Below the pieces are notes generated by a model. The model searched no databases. It was not told the DNA's origin and saw only the letters and a program-made list of their open reading frames with translations. Of a stretch of DNA of 64,000 nucleotides, positions 1-11,331 are shown piece by piece. Made by a program: the position numbers and the translations under genes. Origin of the DNA: Vulcanimicrobiota bacterium (GTDB lineage Bacteria; Vulcanimicrobiota; Vulcanimicrobiia; Vulcanimicrobiales; Vulcanimicrobiaceae); assembly GCA_963733295.1 (NCBI GenBank), contig CAVTCS010000003.1, positions 448,001 through 512,000 of the forward strand, read 5' to 3'. Position 1 is the first letter of the stretch, and each line of letters opens with the position of its first letter.

Positions 1-434
1 CGGCTCTTGTGGTTTTCGACGACGCAGCGGATCTCGAGCCGATGCAGCGCCAGCGCCCCGAACGCGTGGTCCGTAAGTTTGCTGACCGCGCGCGACATGA
101 TGCCTCGGCCTTGAAAGGGCGGTCCGAGCCAATACCCGACGTGCGCGCTGCGGCCCGCGAAATCGAGGTTGTGCAGACCGAGGCCGCCGGCCATCGCGCC
201 TTGCCAGCGAATCGAATAGTCGAACGACAGGTGGCGGTCGAATTGGGATTCGGCGAACTGCGCGTAGCGCCGGATATCGCCGACGGCGTAGGTCGACTCG
301 ATCCAGGTCAGCCATTCGTTGAGCGCGCTGCGATGGGCGCTGACGAGTTCGAAGGTTTCCGCCGCGTCATTCGGGTGACGCGGCACGAGCACGACGTCGG
401 CATCGACCGCGAGCGCGTTGGCGCCGTATTTCAT
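1..434 (-). CDS. RimJ/RimL-family GNAT N-acetyltransferase (3' end outside window)
   Basis: Absent from the ORF track and translated by hand from the ATG at 434, which overlaps the ligase TGA (ATGA): MKYGANALAVDADVVLVPRHPNDAAETFELVSAHRSALNEWLTW...AHVGYWLGPPFQGRGIMSRAV...HAFGALALHRLEIRCVVENHKS. GYWL...GRGI and HRLEIRC..EN..S are typical RimL/YdaF motifs. Confidence 0.85.
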   Translation of the reverse strand, partial: MKYGANALAVDADVVLVPRHPNDAAETFELVSAHRSALNEWLTWIESTYAVGDIRRYAQFAESQFDRHLSFDYSIRWQGAMAGGLGLHNLDFAGRSAHVGYWLGPPFQGRGIMSRAVSKLTDHAFGALALHRLEIRCVVENHKS

Positions 435-2104
435 CGCGCGACGCCCTCGCGCTCGAGCATCTCGAGATAGATGCGCTCGACGTCGGCAAGCGTATCGCTC
501 TCGGCTCCGCGCTTGTCGGGCCGAAGTCGGACGATCCGCGGAAAACGCAGGGAAAACCCGCTGGCGTGCAGCGTGCTCGGTTGGATGATGTCGAAAGCTA
601 TTTCCACGACGATCTCCGGTTCGACGGCAAAGCCGTACGAACCGAGCGTGCCGGTACGATGGGCGAGAAACCACTCGGTCATTGCCGCGATCTCGGCGTC
701 GGTCAGGCCGGAATAGGCTTTGCCGATCGCCAGCAGCTCGGGATCTTCCGCGGAGCGGCGCACCGCGAACGTATAGTCCGACAAGACGGCCTTGCGCTTT
801 CCGTGCCCCCATTCGACCCCGATGACGACGGCATCCAGCGTCGACAGCTCGCGTTTGAGTTTGAGCCACCACTTGCCGCGCCGCCCGGGAACGTACGAAG
901 AATCGCCGCGTTTGAGCATCAGCCCTTCGTTCCCGCGTTTGCGCGCCGCCTCGAAGATTTCGTGCGCGCGCTCCGGGGAAACCCCGGATTCGAACGCTTG
1001 CCAGGGTGCGAGGCGCACGTGCTCGCTCTCAACCAGCGTCGCCGCGAGCGCGCTGCGGCGCTCGAGGAGCGGCGCGTCGAGCAGAAAGCGCGGGCCGGCG
1101 GCCAAGATGTCGAAGGCGACGAACGCGACCGGGATCTCGGCCTGCAGCTCGTCGCTCGGATCGACGCGTTGCAGGCGTGGCTGCAGGTAGCGAAAGGGCA
1201 GCGCGCCTTCCTCACGGCGAGCGACGATCTCGCCGTCGAAAATGGCGTCCGGCCCGCGAGCCAGTGCTGCCGCGACTTCGGGGAATGCTCGTGCGACGTC
1301 GCTGAACGCACGGGAATACAGCGTGGCGGCTCCCGCGCGCACGTGCGCTTGCACGCGAATGCCGTCGTATTTGTCCTCGACGATCCAATCGCCCGCGGCG
1401 AACTCGCGATACGAAGAACCGAACGCGACGGGCGACGCGAGCATGAAACCGATCGGCGCACCGTAGCGCACCTCGATCTCTTCGAGCGTGCCGTCGCGCG
1501 CGGCGAGGGCTACCGCGCCGACGTCGCCGGCGGCCATTGCCGCCCGGCGAACGGCTCCCGGTTCGCGCGCGAAGGCCAGCGCGATCGCGTCGAGCACCAG
1601 GCTTTCCCGCAGACCGATGCGCAGGTCGCCGGTCAGAATCTTGACGACGTAGGCCACTTCGCGGTCCGACCGGCAGGCGCGCAACACGCGCGCGCACAGG
1701 GCTTCGCGCCGCTTTCCCGCCGCTTTTCCCGTTGCCGCCGCCAGTTCATCGAGGAGCTCGGCGAAAACAGCCGGCGTCAACTCGTCGGCGAACAGACCCG
1801 GACGTTGCGGGTCGCGGTAAAGGCGCGCCAAGGCTTCGCCGAGGTCGCCCGTTCCGCGGTAAGCGGCCGAAAGTTCGGGACCCGAGAGACCCCACAGCTC
1901 TTGCGCGGCGGCGACGATCGTACGCCCGCCGATCGCGAGCTTCCGGTCGTCGTAGGCCGGAAGCGGATTGCCGGTGAGAAAACGTGCTGCGGGGGCGAGA
2001 TTCTCCGGTTCGAGCCGGCGCAGATATTCTGCCAGCCGCTCGGTCTTGAGCAGCTTCGACGGCGTCGCCGCGACCGCGTCGCAGACCTCGGCAAAGGCGA
2101 TCAC
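431..2104 (-). CDS. lig: ATP-dependent DNA ligase (LigB-like, with N-terminal DNA-binding domain)
   Basis: Nucleotidyltransferase motifs EDKYDGIR, FDGEIV, AFDIL, EGLMLK, WLKLK and LRFPR; 557 aa. Confidence 0.93.
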   Translation of the reverse strand: MIAFAEVCDAVAATPSKLLKTERLAEYLRRLEPENLAPAARFLTGNPLPAYDDRKLAIGGRTIVAAAQELWGLSGPELSAAYRGTGDLGEALARLYRDPQRPGLFADELTPAVFAELLDELAAATGKAAGKRREALCARVLRACRSDREVAYVVKILTGDLRIGLRESLVLDAIALAFAREPGAVRRAAMAAGDVGAVALAARDGTLEEIEVRYGAPIGFMLASPVAFGSSYREFAAGDWIVEDKYDGIRVQAHVRAGAATLYSRAFSDVARAFPEVAAALARGPDAIFDGEIVARREEGALPFRYLQPRLQRVDPSDELQAEIPVAFVAFDILAAGPRFLLDAPLLERRSALAATLVESEHVRLAPWQAFESGVSPERAHEIFEAARKRGNEGLMLKRGDSSYVPGRRGKWWLKLKRELSTLDAVVIGVEWGHGKRKAVLSDYTFAVRRSAEDPELLAIGKAYSGLTDAEIAAMTEWFLAHRTGTLGSYGFAVEPEIVVEIAFDIIQPSTLHASGFSLRFPRIVRLRPDKRGAESDTLADVERIYLEMLEREGVAR

Positions 2105-2199
2105 CGTTCTCGCGCTCCCTCGTGTAAGCTCACCACCACCCCCGCAGTATTCCGCTCGCCGAGCGGGGCTTTTTCGCGCGCCATTTTGAATAGCCCGGT

Positions 2200-2475
2200 A
2201 TGATTACGGCCTTCGTTCTCATGACGATCCGTCCGGGACTCGTCAAACCGCTCGCCGAGCAACTCCTCGACGTGCCGGGCATCGCCGAAGTATACAGCGT
2301 CGCCGGGCCGTACGACCTGGTCGCGGTCGCACGAGTCAAGCAACAAGAGGAGCTCGCCGATCTCGTCACCGAGCACGTAGCCCACTTCGAAGGCATCGAA
2401 CGGACCGAAACGCTGATTTCGTTCCGCGCGTTCTCGAAGCGCGACCTCGGACTCATGTGGGATCTCGGCGCCTAG
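2200..2475 (+). CDS. Lrp/AsnC ligand-binding (RAM) domain protein, no HTH
   Basis: 91 aa with MITAFVL, EVYSVAGPYDLVA and GIERTETLI, the stand-alone AsnC C-terminal domain pattern. Confidence 0.85.
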   Translation: MITAFVLMTIRPGLVKPLAEQLLDVPGIAEVYSVAGPYDLVAVARVKQQEELADLVTEHVAHFEGIERTETLISFRAFSKRDLGLMWDLGA

Positions 2476-2660
2476 CGAAAACCGCTTCGCCGTTTTGGAA
2501 ACAGCGCGAGCAAATGCGCGCCGCGACCGGCTCGTGATGACCGGGCGAAAAATGCCGGGTGGTTGAGGGAACATACGTTCGATTCAGGCGCTCGAAACCT
2601 TTCGCAACGGTCGGGCGCACGCTGCGGTTTTGGGTTTGCAACTAACGACGGGACGGATAG

Positions 2661-3623
<963 letters not shown>

Positions 3624-3666
3624 AAAGTCGCCCGGCGTCGTCTTTTGTGAAAGGGAGAATCCGAGG

Positions 3667-6336
3667 ATGTTTGCTCGCGTCAGAGCCCTGATCGCCGGAG
3701 GGACGGCGGTCGCCATGCTCGTTTGTGCCGTGCCTGCCGCCTCGGCGCCGGATCAGGACGTGCTGCGGGCGACGCTCGACAACGGCTTGCGGGTGATCAT
3801 CGTGCGCAATACGCTGGCGCCGATCGCGACCGAGATCGTCAATTACCTCGTCGGATCGGCCGACACGCCGCCCGGCTTTCCGGGAATGGCGCACGCCGAA
3901 GAGCACATGGTCGCAGGCCGGAGCCTAAGCGACGTTTCGGCCTCCCAAGTTGCCAGCATCGAGACGCTGCTCGGCGGCGACTCGGACGCCGACACGCAGA
4001 ACGCCGTAACCCAATACAACGTCACCACGACCAGCCAGTATCTCGACGTCGCGTTGCGCCTCGAAGCCGCGCGGATGCGTGGAGCGCTCGATCTGCAATC
4101 CGAATGGAGCCAAGAGCGGGGTGCGATCGAACAGGAGGTTTCGCAGGACCTCTCGAGCGCGTTCTACCGTTACTACGAGAAGGCGCTCGCGGCCGAGTTC
4201 GCCGGTACTCCGTACGATCACGATGCGCTTGGGACGCGCGCCTCCTTCGACCGGACGACCGGTCCCATGCTCAAGAAGTTCTTCAATACGTGGTACGCGC
4301 CGAACAACGCGATCCTGGTCATCTCGGGCGACGTCGATCCGCAGGCGACGCTCGCTCAGATCAAGTCGATCTTCGGCAGCATTCCGCGGCGCACGGTTCC
4401 GGCCCACGCAAAACTCAAATTGGCTTCGTTGCCCGCGAACGTGACGATCCGCGATCAGAGCGACTTTCCGGTTCCGCTCGTGCTCCTTTCCTATCGCATG
4501 CCCGGTTACAGCGACCCAGACTACGCCGCAACCGAGATTGCTTTCGACGTGCTGCAGAGTCCGCGCAGCGATTTCTCAGGGCTGGTCTACTCCGGGAAAG
4601 CTCTACAGACCGGCGTCGATTACGAACCCCAACCGCAGGCGGGATTGGGCTACACCTACATCGCGATTCAGCCGGGCGGCGATACGGCGGCGGCGCTGCA
4701 AACGCTCGACGACGTCGTCAAGGCCTATCAGGAGCACGGCGCTCCCGCCGACCTCGTCGAGGCGCAGAAGAAGCGCGAGATCGCGCAAGATCTTTTTTCG
4801 CGAAACTCGATCGAAGGGCTCGCCAACGACTGGTCGCAAGCGGTCGCAATTCAGGGGCTCGACTCACCCGACGACATGATCGCGCTCTTTCGCAAAGTGA
4901 CTCCCAACGACGTAACGCGGGTCTTCCGTCGCTACTTCGTGCGCAAGGAAGCGGTTGCGGGCATTCTCACGCCGACTCCGGGCGCCGTGCCGTCGTCCAA
5001 CGGTTCGATCGGCGTCAAAGACACGTTCTCGTCGGAAGCCTCGAAGCCGGTTCCGTTGCCCGTTTGGGCCTCACAGCTGCAAACGGTTCAGATCCCGAAG
5101 TCAACGTTGTCGCCGGTCGACATGACGCTGCCGAACGGAATCCGGCTGATCGTACAGCCGCTTTCGATCAGCCCGACCGTGACGCTGCGCGGCCAGGTCA
5201 AGAGCGAGGCCGCGCTGCAGACGCCGCCCGGACACGAGGGGACCTCGAGCGTTTTGTCAGGACTCTTCAATTACGGAACGGTGACCTACGACCGGCTCGC
5301 CTTCCAGACGCAGCTCGACGACATCGCCGCCGACGTTTCGGCCGGCACGACGTTCTCGCTTTCGGTCCCGTCCGAAGGATTCGAGCGCGGTCTCGAGCTG
5401 CTCGCCGACAACATGCTTCATCCGGCGCTGCCGGCTCCGGCTTTCAGCATCGTGCGGCAGCAAGTGAGCCAAGAACTCGAAGGTGAGATCAAGTCGCCGG
5501 ACTATCTTGCCGGCCGCGCGCTCGCGACGGCGCTTCTGCCGAAAGGCGATCCGATTTTGCGCCATGCGACGCCGGCGTCGCTGGCCACGCTGACGCTCGA
5601 CGACGTGAAGACCTATTACGGCTCGGTTTTCCGGCCCGACTTGACCACGATCGTCGTGGCCGGCGACGTGACGCCCGACCGGGCGAAGGAACTGGTCGAG
5701 AAGTACTTCGGCACGTGGACGGCCGTCGGTCCGAAACCCGACACGCAGTTGCCCCCGGTCCCGCTCAACGCTGCGGCGACTACGAGCGTTACGGCCCCCG
5801 GGCGTACGCAGACGACCGTCACGCTCAGCGAAACGCTCGGAATCACCCGGCTCGACCCCGATTACTACGCGCTGCAACTCGGGAACACGGTCCTCGGCGG
5901 GTCGTTCTACTCTTCGCGGTTCTATCGCGACCTGCGTTTGACGAACGGGCTCGTCTACTATGTCGGCGGTCAGTTGCAAGCCGGCAAGACGCGTGCCACC
6001 TACGAGGTCGAGTATGGTTGCGATCCGCAGAACGTCTCCAAAGCCCGCACGATCGTCGACCGCGAGCTGCGCACGATGGCGACCGCCGACGTCGGCGACG
6101 AAGAGTTGCGTTCGGCGAAGACGCAGATTCTGCGAGACTTGCCGCTGGCGGAGGGGAGCGTCGATTCGATCGTCGAGGGATTTGCCTCGCGCTCGATCGC
6201 CGATCTTCCGCTCGATACGCCGACCATCCGTGCGAAAGCGACCGTCGGCATCAGCGCCGATCAGGTGCGCGCCGCTTTCGCCAAGTGGATCGATCCGGCG
6301 CGTTTCGTTCAGGTGAACGAAGGTCCGGCGAAGTAG
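3667..6336 (+). CDS. Secreted M16 (pitrilysin-like) zinc peptidase, fused tandem halves
   Basis: The ATG at 3667 begins a signal peptide (MFARVRALIAGGTAVAMLVCAVPAASA). TLDNGLRV, inverted zinc motif HAEEH (HxxEH), WYAPNNA, and a second half starting TLPNGIRL. Confidence 0.88.
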   Translation: MFARVRALIAGGTAVAMLVCAVPAASAPDQDVLRATLDNGLRVIIVRNTLAPIATEIVNYLVGSADTPPGFPGMAHAEEHMVAGRSLSDVSASQVASIETLLGGDSDADTQNAVTQYNVTTTSQYLDVALRLEAARMRGALDLQSEWSQERGAIEQEVSQDLSSAFYRYYEKALAAEFAGTPYDHDALGTRASFDRTTGPMLKKFFNTWYAPNNAILVISGDVDPQATLAQIKSIFGSIPRRTVPAHAKLKLASLPANVTIRDQSDFPVPLVLLSYRMPGYSDPDYAATEIAFDVLQSPRSDFSGLVYSGKALQTGVDYEPQPQAGLGYTYIAIQPGGDTAAALQTLDDVVKAYQEHGAPADLVEAQKKREIAQDLFSRNSIEGLANDWSQAVAIQGLDSPDDMIALFRKVTPNDVTRVFRRYFVRKEAVAGILTPTPGAVPSSNGSIGVKDTFSSEASKPVPLPVWASQLQTVQIPKSTLSPVDMTLPNGIRLIVQPLSISPTVTLRGQVKSEAALQTPPGHEGTSSVLSGLFNYGTVTYDRLAFQTQLDDIAADVSAGTTFSLSVPSEGFERGLELLADNMLHPALPAPAFSIVRQQVSQELEGEIKSPDYLAGRALATALLPKGDPILRHATPASLATLTLDDVKTYYGSVFRPDLTTIVVAGDVTPDRAKELVEKYFGTWTAVGPKPDTQLPPVPLNAAATTSVTAPGRTQTTVTLSETLGITRLDPDYYALQLGNTVLGGSFYSSRFYRDLRLTNGLVYYVGGQLQAGKTRATYEVEYGCDPQNVSKARTIVDRELRTMATADVGDEELRSAKTQILRDLPLAEGSVDSIVEGFASRSIADLPLDTPTIRAKATVGISADQVRAAFAKWIDPARFVQVNEGPAK

Positions 6337-6340
6337 CGGC

Positions 6341-7369
6341 GTGCCGGCCGGCGTTCCCTTCGTCGAGGTGACGCGCGGACCGCTCGTCGAGTCGGTCCAT
6401 GCGGTGGCCGCGTGCGCCGTCGACGCGCGCGGCGCGATCCGGCTTTCGCTGGGCGACGTCGAGACGCCGATCTATCTGCGTTCGGCCGCGAAACCGTTCA
6501 TCGCCGCGGCGATCGTCGAAGCCGGAACCGCCGAGCGCTTTGCGTTCGAGCCGCACGAGTTGGCGGTGATCGCGGCTTCGCACGACGGCGAGCCGTTTCA
6601 CGTCGCCGCGGTCCGGGGTATCCTCGGCAAGATCGGACTCGACGAGTCGGCCCTCCGTTGCGGCGCGCACCCGCCCGCGTCGGAACGCGAGGCGGCCGCC
6701 CTCGCCGCCGGCGGACAGCAACCCAGTCCCGTCTACAACAACTGCTCCGGCAAACATGCCGGAATCTTGGCACTCTGCGTGCACCTCGGCCTCGACCCGG
6801 CGAGTTATTTGAACGCGGACCATCCGGCGCAGCGCCGGATCTTGGAGTTTTGCGGCCGGATGACCGGCGATGAGCCGAAGGATTTCTTGCTCGGTGTCGA
6901 CGGTTGCGGAATCCCCGTTTTCGCGACCTCGCTGCGCCGCGCGGCTCAGGCCTTCGCGCGCTTGGCGACGCTCGAGGGAATCTCGGCCGCCGACGCGCGC
7001 GCTTTGTTAATCGTGCGCGACGCGATGATCGGTGCGCCGCTCTTCGTTGGGGGCACCGCCCGCTTCGATTCGGCGCTCATCGCGGCGACGCGAGGCGGCG
7101 TGGTCGCCAAAGGCGGGGCCGAGGGGGTGCACGGCGACGCGCTGCCGGCGGAGGGTCTGGGTCTCGCGCTCAAGGTGATCGACGGAAATCGGCGCGCAAC
7201 CCCTCCCGCGGCGCTGGCGCTCCTCGGCGAACTGCGCGGTTTCTCAGCGGCCGAGGCCGCGGCGCTCGAGCCCTTTGCGCGGACCGAGGTGCGCAACGTC
7301 GCCGGCCGCGCCGTCGGCGTCGTACGGGCCTGCATCCCGGAAACATTTTCGAGGGTTGGCCCGTCCTAG
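6341..7369 (+). CDS. L-asparaginase II family (Rhizobium etli-type) protein
   Basis: Motifs RSAAKPF, SHDGE, NNCSGKH, DGCG and KGGAEG. Confidence 0.88.
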   Translation: MPAGVPFVEVTRGPLVESVHAVAACAVDARGAIRLSLGDVETPIYLRSAAKPFIAAAIVEAGTAERFAFEPHELAVIAASHDGEPFHVAAVRGILGKIGLDESALRCGAHPPASEREAAALAAGGQQPSPVYNNCSGKHAGILALCVHLGLDPASYLNADHPAQRRILEFCGRMTGDEPKDFLLGVDGCGIPVFATSLRRAAQAFARLATLEGISAADARALLIVRDAMIGAPLFVGGTARFDSALIAATRGGVVAKGGAEGVHGDALPAEGLGLALKVIDGNRRATPPAALALLGELRGFSAAEAAALEPFARTEVRNVAGRAVGVVRACIPETFSRVGPS

Positions 7370-7399
7370 GAGTGTGCGCGACCATGGGGATGGGATAGC

Positions 7400-10300
7400 T
7401 TGATCGATTTCTTCCTGCGACGGCCGATTTTCGCGGCGGTCTGCTCGATGATTATCTTGCTGGCGGGTTTGGTGACGATCCCGACGCTGCCGATCTCGCA
7501 GTTCCCGCACGTCGCTCCGCCGGTCGTCACCGTTCAAGCAACCTACACCGGCGCCTCGGCGCAGGCCGTCGAGGATTCGGTGACCACGCCGCTCGAGCAG
7601 GCGATCAACGGCGTCCAAGGCTTGCGCTACATGTCCTCGCAGTCGAGCAACGACGGCACGAGCACGATCACCTGCACCTTCGACCTCGAGCGCAACCTCG
7701 ACTTGGCTGCGACCGACGTCCAGAACGCGATTCAGACGGCGCAGGCGCGCTTGCCCAACGCGGTGACGCTGGCCGGTATCACGGTCGGCAAAAATGCCGG
7801 CAACTTCATCATGGCGTTCGGCTTCTCGTCCCACGATCCGAACACGACGGCGCTCTTCCTCTCGAACTACGCCGACCTCTACGTCAAGAACGCGCTCAAG
7901 CGTATCCCCGGCGTGAGCGACGTGATCATCTTCGGCGAGCGCAAGTATGCGATGCGTCTCTGGCTCGATCCCAAGCGCCTCGCCGACAACGGGCTCACCG
8001 CCAACGACGTCGTGGTCGCGCTGGGCGATCAGAACGTGCAGGTCGCCGCCGGTTCGATCGGCGCGCCGCCGACCAACGGCCACCAGCCCTATCAGATGAG
8101 CGTCCGCGCGCTGGGCCGCCTCTCGACCGCCGATCAGTTCGATAACCTCATCATCAAATCGACGCCCGACGGGGGTCACGTCTTCTTGCGCGACGTCGGG
8201 TACGCGCAGTTGGGCGCGGAAGACTACAGTTCCGACCTGCGCTTCGACGGACGCTCGGCGGTTGGCCTCGGCATCGTGGCGTTACCCACCGCCAACGCGC
8301 TCGACGTCACCAAGGGCGTGCGCGCCGAGATGAAGGCGCTGTCGGCGAAGTTCCCGGCCGGCACCTACTACGACATCGCCTTCGACTCGACCGAATTCGT
8401 TAACGAATCGATCAGGGAAGTGATCATCACGCTCCTGATCGCGATCGCGCTGGTGGTCGTCGTGATCTTCCTGTTCCTCCAGGACTGGCGCACGACGCTG
8501 ATCCCGGCGATCACGATCCCGGTGTCGCTGATCGGCACCTTCGCGCTCATGAAGGTGCTCGGCTTCTCGATCAATACGCTGACGCTCTTCGGCTTGACCC
8601 TCGCGACGGGGCTCGTCGTTGACGACGCGATCGTCGTCATCGAGAACATCGCGCGCTTCATTCAAGAGAAGAAGATGTCGCCGCTCGCCGGTGCTTCCGC
8701 GGCGATGGCCGAGATCACGAGCGCGGTGGTCGCGACCTCGCTCGTCCTGCTGGCGGTTTTCGTTCCGGTCGCGTTTTTCCCGGGAACGACGGGCCAGCTC
8801 TACAAGCAGTTTGCGCTCACGATCGCCTGCTCGATCACGATCTCCCTGTTCAATGCGTTAACCTTGACGCCGACGCTCTCGGCGCTGCTCCTCGGCAGGA
8901 CGCAGCGGCCGCGCGGCCGGTTCTTCAACGCGATCAACGCCGGAATCGCCTGGCTGCGCCGCAGCTATCACGCCACCCTCGGCGGCCTCTTCCGTTTCCG
9001 CTGGGCGATCATCGGGACGTTCGTCATCCTGCTCGCCCTTACGGGTTTTCTCTTCACGCACGCACCGACCGGGTTCACCCCGGACGAAGATCAAGGGTTC
9101 TTCATCGTCACGGTCCAGGCGCCCGAAGGCTCGTCGATTGACCAAACCGAGCGCATCACGACGCGGGTCGAAAAGCTGCTGCACCGCAATTCGAACGTGC
9201 TCGACATCTTCGACGTCATCGGCTTCGGGTTCACCGGGAACGGCCCCAACAAAGCGACGATGTTCGTGCGCCTCAAAGACTGGAAGGACCGGCCGGGCTT
9301 CAGCAACTCGGTTACGGCGATCATCTACTCGCTGTACCCCGTCTTCGGGCAGATTCCCGACGCCCAAGTCTTTGCGTTCAACTTCCCACCGGTGCAGGGT
9401 ATCGGGAACGTCGGCGGTTTCCAGTTCGAGTTGGAGGACACCGGCAACATCGGCATCGACAAGCTGTACGCGCTCGCCCAAGCCTACCAGGGTGCTGCAT
9501 TTAGCGATCCACAACACCGGCTGGCCTACGTCTACACGACGTTCCGCACCGACAACCCGCAATTGCTCGTCAACGTCGATCGTGCCAAAGCTGCCTCGTT
9601 GAACGTTCCGCTGGCGAATATCTTCAACACGATGCAGATCTACTTGGGCTCGCTCTACGTCAACGACTTCGACTATCTCAATCAGTCGTATCGCGTCTAC
9701 GTGCAAGCCCAGACGCCCTACCGTTCGACGATCGAGGACTTGCAGAAGATCTACGTCGGATCGAGTACCGGGGCGATCATGCCGCTCACGACGCTGATCC
9801 AATCGACGCAAACGAAGAGCCCGCCGGTCATCACACACTACAACCTCTTCCGGTCGATCGAAATCAGCGGATCGCCGGCGCAAGGCTACGGTTCGGGCGA
9901 CTCGATCAAGGCGATGGAGGCCATCGCGAGCAAACTCGATCCGCGCGGCGTTAGCTACGAGTGGTCCGGCCTCTCGCTCGACGAGACCCAGTCCGGCAGC
10001 GAGGCGGCACTGGTCTTCCTGCTCGGCATCGTCGTCGTCTTTCTCGTGCTCGCGGCGCAGTACGAGAGCTGGACGGACCCATTCATCATCTTGATGTCGG
10101 TACCGCTGGCGATTCTGGGCGCGCTGCTCGCGATCTACGGCCGGATTTTCTTAGCCGCGTTTCTCGGGCCTGGCATCGGGTTCATCACCTCGGACATCTA
10201 CGCCCAGGTCGGCTACGTGATGCTGATCGGGCTGGCCAGCAAGAACGCGATCCTGATCGTTGAGTTCGCCAATCAATTGCGCGAGCAAGGTTTGGACCCG

Positions 10301-10618
10301 ATGTCGGCGGCGCGTCAGGCGGCCGAAACGCGGCTGCGCCCGATCTTGATGACCTCGCTCGCGTTCATCTTCGGCATCGTGCCGCTGGCCTTCGCGACCG
10401 GTGCGGGCAGCGCCAGCCGGCACTCGCTCGGCACGCCGGTGCTCGGCGGAATGATCCTCTCGACGATCCTCAACCTCTTTATCGTTCCGGTCTTTTACGT
10501 CGTCGTGGTGAATCTCCGCGAAGGCCGCAAGCACCACGCGCCGCCGAGCGCCGGCGGACCGAGCGGCGCCGGCAGCGGCGCGCCCACCTCCGAATTGGAG
10601 CCCGCGCCGAGCATTTAG
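7400..10618 (+). CDS. RND multidrug efflux permease (AcrB/HAE1 family)
   Basis: 1072 aa; FFLRRPIFA start, GLVVDDAIVVIEN, ASKNAILIVEFA and RLRPILMTSLA. Confidence 0.93.
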   Translation: MIDFFLRRPIFAAVCSMIILLAGLVTIPTLPISQFPHVAPPVVTVQATYTGASAQAVEDSVTTPLEQAINGVQGLRYMSSQSSNDGTSTITCTFDLERNLDLAATDVQNAIQTAQARLPNAVTLAGITVGKNAGNFIMAFGFSSHDPNTTALFLSNYADLYVKNALKRIPGVSDVIIFGERKYAMRLWLDPKRLADNGLTANDVVVALGDQNVQVAAGSIGAPPTNGHQPYQMSVRALGRLSTADQFDNLIIKSTPDGGHVFLRDVGYAQLGAEDYSSDLRFDGRSAVGLGIVALPTANALDVTKGVRAEMKALSAKFPAGTYYDIAFDSTEFVNESIREVIITLLIAIALVVVVIFLFLQDWRTTLIPAITIPVSLIGTFALMKVLGFSINTLTLFGLTLATGLVVDDAIVVIENIARFIQEKKMSPLAGASAAMAEITSAVVATSLVLLAVFVPVAFFPGTTGQLYKQFALTIACSITISLFNALTLTPTLSALLLGRTQRPRGRFFNAINAGIAWLRRSYHATLGGLFRFRWAIIGTFVILLALTGFLFTHAPTGFTPDEDQGFFIVTVQAPEGSSIDQTERITTRVEKLLHRNSNVLDIFDVIGFGFTGNGPNKATMFVRLKDWKDRPGFSNSVTAIIYSLYPVFGQIPDAQVFAFNFPPVQGIGNVGGFQFELEDTGNIGIDKLYALAQAYQGAAFSDPQHRLAYVYTTFRTDNPQLLVNVDRAKAASLNVPLANIFNTMQIYLGSLYVNDFDYLNQSYRVYVQAQTPYRSTIEDLQKIYVGSSTGAIMPLTTLIQSTQTKSPPVITHYNLFRSIEISGSPAQGYGSGDSIKAMEAIASKLDPRGVSYEWSGLSLDETQSGSEAALVFLLGIVVVFLVLAAQYESWTDPFIILMSVPLAILGALLAIYGRIFLAAFLGPGIGFITSDIYAQVGYVMLIGLASKNAILIVEFANQLREQGLDPMSAARQAAETRLRPILMTSLAFIFGIVPLAFATGAGSASRHSLGTPVLGGMILSTILNLFIVPVFYVVVVNLREGRKHHAPPSAGGPSGAGSGAPTSELEPAPSI

Positions 10619-10625
10619 CGCCGGT

Positions 10626-11216
10626 CTAGTGCGAGCGCGAAGTTATCGGACTACCGCCGCGCCGCCGGCGCGCCGTAGTGACCAGGTCGTGGTGGTGCGG
10701 ATCGCCGATGCCGTCGCGGCGGTACCCGCGCATTTGCTCGCCGGTTTCCTCGCTACTGTGCGCGATCCAGTCGGCGGAGCGGCCGGCCAGCGTCTTGCGC
10801 ACGCGCGCCGGTGCGCCGGCGACGACGACTTCGGACGGTACGTGCGCGTCGACCGTCACGACGCTTCCGGCCGCAACCACGCTTCCGGCTCCGATCAACG
10901 CGCCGGCTAGGACCGTTGCGTTCGATCCGACCAGCGCGCCTTTCCCTATCGTGCAGTCGTCGAGTACCGCGCAGTGTCCGACCGTCGACCCGTCGCCGAT
11001 CGTCGTCACGCGACCCGCGCGCGCGTGAACGACGGCATTGTCCTCGATCGCCGCGTTCGCGCCGATCAGGATTCGGCCGCTGTCGGCGCGCAGTACGACG
11101 CCGAACCAAATGCTGGCGCCGTCGCCGACCTCGACGTCACCGACGAGCACCGCAGTCGGAGCCACGAATGCCGTCTCGGAAATGCGCGGAACTCTGCCGC
11201 CATACTCGATAAACAT
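10626..11216 (-). CDS. Gamma-carbonic anhydrase family / hexapeptide-repeat protein
   Basis: AFVAPTAVLVGDV, SIWFGVVLRAD, hexapeptide repeats and GAPARVRK; a GAGGAG RBS lies upstream. Confidence 0.85.
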   Translation of the reverse strand: MFIEYGGRVPRISETAFVAPTAVLVGDVEVGDGASIWFGVVLRADSGRILIGANAAIEDNAVVHARAGRVTTIGDGSTVGHCAVLDDCTIGKGALVGSNATVLAGALIGAGSVVAAGSVVTVDAHVPSEVVVAGAPARVRKTLAGRSADWIAHSSEETGEQMRGYRRDGIGDPHHHDLVTTARRRRGGSPITSRSH

Positions 11217-11331
11217 ATATGGGAAACTCCTCTAGAGCGGCCCGAGTGCCTCCACGGATGGGATTCTCCAAAGAGTCGATGAATCGACCATCGGCATCCC
11301 CGGGAACATCTTCCCACGAAAGGCTCCTGTC

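Noticed and set aside
9..470. 153-aa plus-strand ORF in the track
   Set aside because: It is the antisense shadow of the minus-strand RimL-like gene, which has clear family motifs and an ATGA overlap with the ligase.
2476..2660. Possible SAM riboswitch or T-box upstream of cysK
   Set aside because: The spacer is long and partly structured, but I could not find the SAM-I core elements (AUC..GAG, GCAACC, GUGC..A.UCC) or a T-box. An Rfam scan would be needed.
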